Source: the human T2T-CHM13v2.0 reference genome, Homo sapiens
Reading direction: 5' to 3' (one strand)
DNA length: 64,000 bases
Assembly (NCBI RefSeq): GCF_009914755.1
Contig: NC_060928.1
Below, piece by piece: positions 33,274-44,915 of the stretch. A model generated the notes under the pieces. It worked only from the letters and a program-made list of their open reading frames with translations, had not been told where the DNA came from and made no database searches. How positions within the stretch are numbered: the stretch's first letter is position 1; every line of letters begins with the position of its first letter. Both the position numbers and the translations under genes were made by a program.

Positions 33274-35222
33274 TGACCAGCGATTCTTAAGGTTAACAGG
33301 ATAGTGGATGTAATATTTCTCTGGAGATAGATTTTTTATTCATTGGATCGCATTCACTCTTCTACCCTAGTTTGCAAGTGTTTGGGAGCAGACGCATATT
33401 GCAGGAACATTTGAGAACCACTATTTTAAAGCAATAGTGCTGTGCAGATGGACATGACTTAGAATTAATTTTGCTGTTTTCTTGGCCACATCCATCCATG
33501 ATGGAATTGCAGTTATACACTTTAATTTGAAAGGAACATTTAAAATTATATACGATTCCACCTGTAAAATATCCTGCTGTAGGATTAATGCAGCAAGTCT
33601 CACAGAAACTATCCTGAGCGATGGACTGTGTCCAAGGGAGCGTCACGAGTAAGGAAAGTCCAGTCTTTGTGGAGGCACACCCTGGGCTGAACATTCTTTA
33701 ATTAACAAAGACAAACATTTCACCTGTGGCCTGAACAACTGGAACAAAGTTTCCAACGGTGGAAAAACTAACAACTACTAAAAACCTTTAAAAAAGAAGA
33801 CTAACAGCAACACTCCAAAGTAAGTTGGATTCTATAATAGTTGCAGGTTGCAATTGGAGGCAATTCCAAGCAGGAAAGGTTAGGCTTTAGTTTATGCAAA
33901 GGATAGAGAAACTAGCTTCAAATGTGCATTTTTTTCCCCCTGGCTAGCATTTTCCTGGAGGGAGAATTGGTAATGTCTCCTCCAAAGCTTTCCTCAGTTG
34001 AAGAAATATGTAGGAATAGGAATGTCAAGGATGTAAGCACGTGCAACTAAAACTCCAATTTGTACCGAGGAAACTGTATTAGTTAAAGGATTTCATTCTT
34101 CAGTAGTGAAAGTATGGTGAAATTATTATTGGGATATAAAACAAAATTGACTTGAATGAGAATCTAGCTTATCCTCCATAAAAAGCTTAGTGAAATAGTT
34201 TTCAACTCTGTTCAACTGACAATGAAATCTAGGCTTTAGCTATTTCTTTGTCATTCAACAAAAATATATTTTTTGTAGTTCCACAAGAGCAATTGAAGCA
34301 GCATTTATATTGTAGAAAAAGCATGGAGTGGGGAGGGGATAATTCTGAACTTTAAAGACAACAGAATTTTCAAATTGTTGAAGAACAGGAGACTTGATTT
34401 CAAAAGATAAATTTGTAACTCTTCTCTTCTGTGGTCACAAGTGATCTTAGACAAGACATTTAATTTAAATACACTGAGGGTATTTGAGACTAATAACTAC
34501 TTCACAGAATTAAGTGTGAAATTTGATATATGAAGTTATACATTATGATGCTGATGCCGATGTGTAATTTACTTTTCAGAACCCAAAAATATACAATCGG
34601 CTTAACAGATACAAGCCTTCTCTAACTGAGAAAAAATAAAATTCTTGTATTACACGAATTAAATCTTTCTTTACAGTACCAAATTACAGAGATAGACAAA
34701 CTTGTTATAAACCAGAAGAGGGCACTGTCCACATACACTGCTAAAACCAGAGGCTAGAAGTTGAGAGTCAAGGAACATTTATGGGCTGTGACAGCCATTT
34801 CAGAAAAAAAAAAAAAAAAACATTAGTTTATTTCACTGTATTCTCCCCAAAAATCTATAAGATAGGAAAAATTAACACCCAGAAAAGTAAATTAATTTTT
34901 TTTCAAGATCACGTAGCTCAAGTTTTCCTCACAAGACTGCCTTTCCACCATAATTTGTGGCCTCTATGTTGGGTTAAATACTCTACTTCAATTACAGCTA
35001 TCATAATTTGTTCTCTGTGATGTCCATTATACTCTAGTATTATTGCCTATTTCCAAATTCTATAAAGTGGCCCATTTAACAATATGTATCCTTGGGAAAA
35101 GTTATTTAAACTCTTTATGCCTTAGTTTTCTCTAATGGGGATAATAATAGTATCTTCCTCAAATTGGCCCTGAGAGGACTAAATAATATAATACAGATAA
35201 GGTGAATAGGACCATACCTGGT

Positions 35223-35609
35223 TGTATTAGTTTGTTTTCACACTATTATAAAGGACTTCCCTGAGACTGGGTAATTTATAAAGGAAAGAACTTTAATTGA
35301 CTCACAGTTCTATATGGCTGGGGAAGTCTCAGGAAACTTATCATGGCCGAAGGCGAAGGGGAAGCAAGCCCCTTTTTCACAAGGTGGCAGGAGAGAGAGG
35401 CGGGAAGGAGGAACTTCCAAACACTTATAAAACCATCAGATCTCATGAGAACTCACTCACTATCCTGAGAACAGCATGCAGGAAACCACCCCCATTGATT
35501 CAATCACCTCCCTCCTTGGACACATGGGGATTACGGGTCCCTCTCTCAATACATGGGGATTGCAATTCCAGATGAGATGTGGGTGGGGACACAGAGCCAA
35601 ACTATATCA
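35223..35609 (-). mobile_element. THE1/MST-type MaLR solo LTR inserted in a MIR
   Basis: TG...CA ends; perfect 5-bp TSD CTGGT (35218-35222, 35610-35614); MIR sequence on both sides. Confidence 0.88.
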
Positions 35610-35635
35610 CTGGTACATAGTACATGTTCGAGAGA

Positions 35636-36202
35636 TGGATCGTCCTCTGTCTGAACTGTGAAAGAAATGGAAAGTTGAATATATTTTGTTGCCTTTATGG
35701 AGGCATTAATCATCCTTTCATAACAGTTACCACTTACTTAGCTACTTCAACGAAACAGGTTGATTCAAACTCTTCCTGTGCTTACAGAAACTGGATTCTC
35801 AGTGTGGTTCATCTGGCATGCCTATTCCTTCTCATATTAGATAGGATATATTCTGATTTTACCTAGATTACATTTACCTAGCTGCCTATCAGTCAAGGAG
35901 AATTTTCAGGAGTAGGAAGTCATTCTAGTTATCACGCACCCTAGGCCAATAAGCACCGGAATCCAAACGAAAATGTCCAACCGACTAAACAAAATCACAT
36001 AGGAGGTATTTATTCTCAAAAGACAACCTTTAGGGTGTAGAAAAAGCAAGCTTAACACACATGTCATTATCCCCCACGGTAGGTATTATTCATTTCTTCA
36101 AACAAAATATGTCTAATTTTTTTCAAATCTCAGTTCTGAAATTCGTTATTCCCCAAAGCAATTGCAAGCTGAAGCCATTAATTAATTTAGTGGAGCTTAA
36201 TT
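35636..36202 (-). repeat. Inverted copy of 38225-38679 (intron 2 end + first 20 nt of exon 3), interrupted by a direct copy of 36449-36570
   Basis: Manual alignment: 35636-35734 vs revcomp 38581-38679 = 84/99 ungapped; 35883-35994 vs 38439-38554; 36012-36202 vs 38225-38416. Confidence 0.93.
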
Positions 36203-37092
36203 GCTGCTACTACTACTACTACCACCACCATTAGTATTTACTATATAACAGTTACTTAAATAAATTGGAAAGAGTGTTTGAAGTGCAAATACCTAAAGCT
36301 TAAACAGAAGCAGCTAAAGCTCTTAACTAAACATCTGTGAAATTACAAGGGTTCTTCTTATGATGATTCCTACACAATTCAGAAAGTACTTGAGTCATTC
36401 TTGATATCTATGTTCCAAAATTTTATCTTTTCACTGAATACACATGATGAAACAGCTGATTCAGACTCTTCCTATGCTGATAGAAACTGGATTCTAGGGC
36501 TCAGTATGGTTCATTTGGGATGCCTGTTCCTCCTCATATTAGACAAGATATATTCTGATTTTACCTAGCTTTCACTGTATTAATTAAAATCTATACTCAT
36601 GTGTAATGCAATGCAAAGAGTAACTTAGGTACATAAATCAATAATGAATGTTTCTTAGGTTGAGTTTCTTGTTGTTACTGTAAGTGGAAACCGATTTTTT
36701 ATTTAGAGTCTTTTTTTGTGATGGGGTCTGATTAGGAGCATTTCTCTGAACACATGATGGAATAAAACAGTGGAAATTCTCCAACTGATGTGCGTCTTAA
36801 GAAATCAAACTTCAAAATCAAATCTTTGAAAATGTTACTGTGAAATATTTAGAGCAGGTCAAATCTGTAACCGTGAATGTAATGCCAAGGCTTTTATCCT
36901 TCCACAGAATAGCTGGGGGAGTTTGTATTTTCTGTTACATGCCTGTTTCCATGAATTATTTTGTTTTATGGTTTTGATGGACCAAATCTGTGAAACAAAA
37001 CAACTCTATAAGTACTGCAGTTATGTAGAAATTTGATCAAGATTTCTTTCCTTAACACATTAGTTATATATTCGATTTTTCTTCATAAATAG

Positions 37093-37179
37093 GTTTCCAT
37101 CTTCTACAGGCAGTCCTCAGTACAACTGTGATTCCATCATGTATCCCAGGAGAGTCCAGTGATAACTGCACAGCTTTAG
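37093..37179 (+). CDS. EREG: Epiregulin exon 2 (GFHLLQAVLSTTVIPSCIPGESSDNCTAL)
   Basis: AG at 37091-37092, GTAAGC donor at 37180; 87 nt, phase 1-1, in frame with exon 1; contains NCT sequon (N47). Confidence 0.96.
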
Positions 37180-38659
37180 GTAAGCCCAAGTTTGTCAATG
37201 TGGCATCAAGAGACTACATATTTTTAAACAGAAATATAAACTCAAAGACTATAAGTATGTGATAATTTTTAAAAAAAGGGTAAGAATAGCTGCTATATTA
37301 CTTTTTAAATCACCATATAAACTAATGTTCTGAAAAAATTATATAAAGGAATAACTGGTAGGAGAGGGACCGGATAAATTATATACACAGATTTGATTGT
37401 GAAGAGATAGGGAACAACAACAACAAAAAATTGCATTCCCTTTGGCCGTCTCCTGGCACTTTACTGCGAAACATCCTCAGAGACCACACTGACTGGATTC
37501 CAGGCAAAACAGCAAAACAGGAAAACTTTGTACAGAATAGGTTCTCTATCTCTCTCTTTCTACCCCTCTCTCTCTCTTTGTAAGAAGAACAAATGATAGT
37601 CGTTTCTTTCTAGGCACAGTGTTCATTCAGAAAACATTTATCGAGTATGTAGTATGCACCAAACGCTGTGCTAAGGCATACAGATACAAAGATAAGTAAT
37701 ACAGTTTTTTCCCCTCGAGGACTGTGGACTCCAGATATGGTCCAAGGGGGATCAGCTTTATCTTCATTCTGAGTTATTGAATCAAGATAACTGAGTTATT
37801 TTGAGGAAGCAGGATATTTTCCATAACAACTTTATCTTTTGTCCCTCACCATCAGGTTCTCTGGAGGTTTGGTCAGCCTCCTCCGCAGGTTTGGTCAGCC
37901 TCCTCCGCATCATCTTTTTTTTTTTTCCTTCTTTGGTTATTTGGGCAAGAGTATTACAATCAAATTGCTATTTTAAAAGTAATTTTATAAGCATCTTTCA
38001 CATTTTGGTATCTAAAGCTTTCTAAAGTGAATTTTACACAAAGGCTCCTATTTTCATTGCTGTTATTTGTCTACCAGAGGCCTTTCTCACTCAGGGTTTG
38101 TCTAGTTTGGATTCAGGCCTCATTATCAGAGATATTGGGAGACTGGTTAATTTCATTAATGGTAACCTCAGCAACTTGAAAACATACACCAAAGCCAGCC
38201 TTACTGATTAAAAATCCACTGTAGAATTAAGCTCCTTTGAATTAATTAATGGTATGAGCTTGCAACTGCTTTGGGGAGTAATAGATTTCAGAAATGTTTT
38301 GGGACTTGAGAAAAATTAGACAAATTTTGCTTGAAGAAATAACACCCACTTGGAGGATAATGACACCTGTGTGTTAAATTTGCCTTCTCTACCCTTACAG
38401 GTTGTCTTTTGAGAATGAAATCCTTTCATGTTATCTTCTTTTGTTTAGTCTGTTGGACATTTTCCTTTGGATTCAAGTGTTTATTGATTGGTCTAGGGGG
38501 TGTGACAACTAGAGTGACTTCCTACTTCTCAAAATTCTCCTTGACTGATTGGCATCTGACTTGTTGTGTAGAAGTAGTTCAGTGGTTACTGTTATGAAAG
38601 AGTGAGAAATTCTTCCATGAAGGCTGCAGAATATATTCAACTTTCCACTTCTTTTACAG

Positions 38660-38783
38660 TTCAGACAGAAGACAATCCACGTGTGGCTCAAGTGTCAATA
38701 ACAAAGTGTAGCTCTGACATGAATGGCTATTGTTTGCATGGACAGTGCATCTATCTGGTGGACATGAGTCAAAACTACTGCAG
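38660..38783 (+). CDS. EREG: Epiregulin exon 3 (VQTEDNPRVAQVSITKCSSDMNGYCLHGQCIYLVDMSQNYCR; first four Cys of the EGF domain)
   Basis: Polypyrimidine tract + CAG ending 38659, GTAAT donor at 38784; 124 nt; EGF cysteine spacing. Confidence 0.97.
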
Positions 38784-38814
38784 GTAATATGTCAGAAATA
38801 AACAAACACAGTTT

Positions 38815-39057
38815 GTAAAATTTTGTTTTATAGATTTAGGGGTACAAGTGCAGATTTGCTAGTGGATATATTCAGTAGTGGTGAAGTCTGAGCTTTTAGA
38901 GTACCTACCCCTCAAATAGTGTGCATGGAACCCATTAGGTAATTTTTCATCCCTTAACCCCCCCAAAACTCTTCTACCTTTTGAAGTCTCCAGAGTCTAT
39001 TACTCCACTCTCTATGACAATGTGTACACATTATTTAGCTCCCACTTGTGAGAACAT
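38815..39057 (-). mobile_element. L1MA-type 3'UTR fragment just after the exon 3 donor
   Basis: GGGGTACAAGTGCAGATT...TTTAGCTCCCACTT..GAGAACATG L1 3' end motifs. Confidence 0.8.
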
Positions 39058-39340
39058 GTGATAAACAAATGCAGTTTTACTCTTTGTATTTCTATTTTTA
39101 TAATTTGAAATTACCCTATATTTCCATGGGCTGTTAAATGCAGTATATATATTATTAGAAACTTTTCTGAGTTTTTAAAAATTAGGTAGTAAATAGTAGC
39201 TTTTAAATTGCACACATATGTCAGAGGTGCAGAGCAGGGAGGACTTCTGATGCTTCTCACACTTGCCAAGATGGTGTCTCTCTGCTTTGGATCTTTTCCT
39301 TCAATTTCTATATCAGGTATTGTTTTAAGAATTGATTCCA

Positions 39341-39981
<641 letters not shown>

Positions 39982-40294
39982 AAGAATTGATTCCACTGAT
40001 TTAGACAAAAGGAATCTCAAACCTGTACAACTTACAAAACACCACTGTGGACTGTCAGCCACCATGACAGCTGAACACAACCGTCATTTTAATACTACAA
40101 TTTAGTCCAAGAGCTACGTGGAGCCCTTTTATCATTACTGGTCTAACTCAATCTTTGAAATCCTCTTTACAATCTTTAGCAAATTTTGTTGATTTCTTGC
40201 ATTACAGTGTGATGTTAGTCCTTATAAAACTAATTCATAACCATGATTTCCTTTTTAAGTAACTGATCTTTCTTTCTTCCGTATTTTCCTTCAG

Positions 40295-40444
40295 GTGTGA
40301 AGTGGGTTATACTGGTGTCCGATGTGAACACTTCTTTTTAACCGTCCACCAACCTTTAAGCAAAGAGTATGTGGCTTTGACCGTGATTCTTATTATTTTG
40401 TTTCTTATCACAGTCGTCGGTTCCACATATTATTTCTTCAGATG
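40295..40444 (+). CDS. EREG: Epiregulin exon 4 (CEVGYTGVRCEHFFL, stalk, transmembrane helix, ...STYYFFRW)
   Basis: TTTTCCTTCAG acceptor ending 40294, GTAAGT donor at 40445; 150 nt, phase 2-2; CxxGYxGxRC EGF signature plus hydrophobic helix. Confidence 0.97.
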
Positions 40445-40574
40445 GTAAGTCAGTGTGGTTTTATACTCTGCTTTTATAAATTACTTTTACATAATGCAGA
40501 CCTATAAACTGGGTAAAAATATGGATAAAGTATTAGAGAGATAAGATCAAACCTGTACAAATGATATTTACAAG

Positions 40575-40720
40575 AGTTGAGAAACTATTAAGTATTATGC
40601 CCAACACCTGAGTGATGAGATCAGCTGTACCCCTAATCTCAGCATCATACAATATATCCTGTTAAGAAACCTGCATGTGTACCCCCGAATCTGAAATAAC
40701 TTGAAATTATTTTTTAAAAA
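40575..40720 (+). mobile_element. Old L1 3' end fragment in intron 4
   Basis: AAACCTGCATGTGTACCCCCGAATCTGAAATAA terminal motif. Confidence 0.65.
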
Positions 40721-42375
40721 TATGTTTTTGCTGCAGAACATCTGGATTGAACTTTATTATCAGCTCTGATACTTATTACCTATGTGACCTTACATAAGTC
40801 AAATTGAGAGTATCAATTCCCTTCTTTATCAAATATGGACAGAAATTATTATCTTACATTAGTTATAGGGTGGTTGCTTTTAGTATGTAATATGATATTT
40901 CATGTGAAAGTAAATCATAGGATAGGTGCTACTGTTATAGTTAACCACCTGAATTTAATTCCTCAAGTCACATTTTTTATTTTATAAAAAACAACCTTGT
41001 AAATTAATAACCTTAGAAGCTTGGGTTATCTTACAGTTTAAGGCAGACTGGTGGAACTATTTCTAGACAATTATAAAAAATGGTTGTTAAAAAATAGTTT
41101 GTGTCAGTCCCCCAAAACAGTCGTACCTCATCCTCATGTGCATTATTGTCACAAGCTGAAAACAGAAAAATAGAAAGTGAACATTGAAAGTATAGTTTGG
41201 CATTTTTTTAAGGGTTAGGAGCAAAGGATGGGAACAGTGTGAATTAATTAATAACAGTTCCCTTTAAAATGTCTCCATGAAACATATTTTGAAACAGGTA
41301 CAAATTACTCAAGGTGAATTTACGTTTTTATTTTTCTGTGAAAGTAGTGCACTTCCAATTTTGAAGGTCTGAAAGTGTGCTACTTTCATAATATTAAATT
41401 TATTTTGTCCACATTTGATTCTAAGTATCCATCAAATAATAATGCCTTCCTAATAAGTTGCCATGACAGAACTAAATATTATTAAAACTGAAATATGCCT
41501 GCAAATCTTTGACCACAATCCTTTCCTTTATAGATGGGGCACTGAGGTTTAGAGAGGTTCATTCAAATATCCCAGCTCATATAGTTGACAAATGCCAGAG
41601 TGAAGAACAAATTCTTTCTAATTCATATTCTTACAGTAAACATAGACATGATGTGGTTTCCTCAAAGCTACATGTCTTATTTCCAAAATAGGGACAAAAT
41701 AAACTCAAAAATATTAGGAAAATAGCTTAATGAATAAATGAAAGAAGATTCTAAATTACGATAAATCTATGAATCCTAGCTATGAGACCTTGGACCTTGG
41801 GCACATTATATACAACCCATTTGTATTTCACTTTCTTCATCTGTAAGATGAGGATGGTAACAGCAAATGTGAGAGTAAAATAAATAATGCATGTATAGCA
41901 CTTAGAAAATTGTAGGTCACCAAATTAGTGCCTGATAAATATTATTTTTATTTTGATTAGTGATAGCATTATATCAATGTGATGGAAAGAGTGTATTAAT
42001 GTAGCATGATTTGTAAATATTCATTCCTTAGAAGGGAGGAAGGAAAAAGAAAGAGAGACAGAAAAAGAAAACCTAAAACTCAGACTTAAATGTGGCCACA
42101 CGCCTCTTGGAATTTCACAATATTCATGATCACGTTAAAGACTTTGAGAAACTCTTTAAGTGTATTTTATCATTTCATTCCAAAATTGTTTGACTACAGC
42201 ACATCACCTCTTCATCCCTCTTTTTTTTTTTTTTTTAACATTGTCCAACCTAAATCTGTTCAACTTTGTCATTTTGGAAACACTATGCTAATGTGCCTTT
42301 GGAGTCCATATATAACACACTTGTTCCTTTGCTATTAACTGCAGTGCTAACAGTTTCGTTTGTGAATATTTCCAG

Positions 42376-42457
42376 GTACAGAAATCGAAAAAGTAAAGAA
42401 CCAAAGAAGGAATATGAGAGAGTTACCTCAGGGGATCCAGAGTTGCCGCAAGTCTGA
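42376..42457 (+). CDS. EREG: Epiregulin exon 5 coding part (cytoplasmic tail YRNRKSKEPKKEYERVTSGDPELPQV*)
   Basis: TTTCCAG acceptor ending 42375, TGA at 42455-42457; exon lengths 67+87+124+150+82 = 510 nt = 169 aa + stop. Confidence 0.97.
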
Positions 42458-44328
42458 ATGGCGCCATCAAACTTATGGGCAGGGATAACAGTGTGCCTGG
42501 TTAATATTAATATTCCCATTTTATTAATAATATTTATGTTGGGTCAAGTGTTAGGTCAATAACACTGTATTTTAATGTACTTGAAAAATGTTTTTATTTT
42601 TGTTTTATTTTTGACAGACTATTTGCTAATGTATAATGTGCAGAAAATATTTAATATCAAAAGAAAATTGATATTTTTATACAAGTAATTTCCTGAGCTA
42701 AATGCTTCATTGAAAGCTTCAAAGTTTATATGCCTGGTGCACAGTGCTTAGAAGTAAGCAATTCCCAGGTCATAGCTCAAGAATTGTTAGCAAATGACAG
42801 ATTTCTGTAAGCCTATATATATAGTCAAATCGATTTAGTAAGTATGTTTTTTATGTTCCTCAAATCAGTGATAATTGGTTTGACTGTACCATGGTTTGAT
42901 ATGTAGTTGGCACCATGGTATCATATATTAAAACAATAATGCAATTAGAATTTGGGAGAAGCAAATATAGGTCCTGTGTTAAACACTACACATTTGAAAC
43001 AAGCTAACCCTGGGGAGTCTATGGTCTCTTCACTCAGGTCTCAGCTATAATTCTGTTATATGAGGGGCAGTGGACAGTTCCCTATGCCAACTCACGACTC
43101 CTACAGGTACTAGTCACTCATCTACCAGATTCTGCCTATGTAAAATGAATTGAAAAACAATTTTCTGTAATCTTTTATTTAAGTAGTGGGCATTTCATAG
43201 CTTCACAATGTTCCTTTTTTGTATATTACAACATTTATGTGAGGTAATTATTGCTCAACAGACAATTAGAAAAAAGTCCACACTTGAAGCCTAAATTTGT
43301 GCTTTTTAAGAATATTTTTAGACTATTTCTTTTTATAGGGGCTTTGCTGAATTCTAACATTAAATCACAGCCCAAAATTTGATGGACTAATTATTATTTT
43401 AAAATATATGAAGACAATAATTCTACATGTTGTCTTAAGATGGAAATACAGTTATTTCATCTTTTATTCAAGGAAGTTTTAACTTTAATACAGCTCAGTA
43501 AATGGCTTCTTCTAGAATGTAAAGTTATGTATTTAAAGTTGTATCTTGACACAGGAAATGGGAAAAAACTTAAAAATTAATATGGTGTATTTTTCCAAAT
43601 GAAAAATCTCAATTGAAAGCTTTTAAAATGTAGAAACTTAAACACACCTTCCTGTGGAGGCTGAGATGAAAACTAGGGCTCATTTTCCTGACATTTGTTT
43701 ATTTTTTGGAAGAGACAAAGATTTCTTCTGCACTCTGAGCCCATAGGTCTCAGAGAGTTAATAGGAGTATTTTTGGGCTATTGCATAAGGAGCCACTGCT
43801 GCCACCACTTTTGGATTTTATGGGAGGCTCCTTCATCGAATGCTAAACCTTTGAGTAGAGTCTCCCTGGATCACATACCAGGTCAGGGAGGATCTGTTCT
43901 TCCTCTACGTTTATCCTGGCATGTGCTAGGGTAAACGAAGGCATAATAAGCCATGGCTGACCTCTGGAGCACCAGGTGCCAGGACTTGTCTCCATGTGTA
44001 TCCATGCATTATATACCCTGGTGCAATCACACGACTGTCATCTAAAGTCCTGGCCCTGGCCCTTACTATTAGGAAAATAAACAGACAAAAACAAGTAAAT
44101 ATATATGGTCCTATACATATTGTATATATATTCATATACAAACATGTATGTATACATGACCTTAATGGATCATAGAATTGCAGTCATTTGGTGCTCTGCT
44201 AACCATTTATATAAAACTTAAAAACAAGAGAAAAGAAAAATCAATTAGATCTAAACAGTTATTTCTGTTTCCTATTTAATATAGCTGAAGTCAAAATATG
44301 TAAGAACACATTTTAAATACTCTACTTA

Positions 44329-44915
44329 CAGTTGGCCCTCTGTGGTTAGTTCCACATCTGTGGATTCAACCAACCAAGGACGGAAAATGCTTAAAAAATA
44401 ATACAACAACAACAAAAAATACATTATAACAACTATTTACTTTTTTTTTTTTCTTTTTGAGATGGAGTCTCGCTCTGTTGCCCAGGTTGGAGTGCAGTGG
44501 CACGATCTCGGCTCACTGCAACCTCACCTCCCGGGTTCAAGAGATCCTCCTGCCTCAGCCTCCTGAGCAGCTGGGACTACAGGCGCATGCCACCATGCCC
44601 AGCTAATTTTTGTATTTTTAGTAGAGGCGGGGTTTCACCATGTTGGCCAGGATGGTCTCAATCTCCTAACCTTGAGATCCACCCTCCACAGCCTCCCAAA
44701 CTGCTGGGATTACAGGCGTGAGCCACCACACGTAGCATTTACATTAGGTATTACAAGTAATGTAAAGATGATTTAAGTATACAGGAGGATGTGAATAGGT
44801 TATATGCAAGCACTATGCCCTTTTATATAAGTGACTTGAACATCTGTGCCCGATTTTAGTATGTGCAGGGGGGCGATCTGGGAATCAGTCCCCTGTGGAT
44901 ACCAAGGTACAACTG
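44329..44915 (-). mobile_element. MER2 (Tigger-family) DNA transposon in the 3'UTR, interrupted by an Alu
   Basis: TA TSDs, CAGTTG.../...CAACTG termini, TGGATTCAACCAACC and GACTTGAACATC motifs. Confidence 0.8.
44441..44731 (-). mobile_element. Antisense AluS in the EREG 3'UTR
   Basis: Reverse Alu dimer. Confidence 0.93.

Noticed and set aside
35624-35866. 80-aa ORF resembling minus-strand ORF 38509-38691 (WIVxCLNC.R.GKLNIFC)
   Set aside because: The similarity is a by-product of the DNA-level inverted duplication; both read antisense to intron/exon-3 sequence, with no coding evidence
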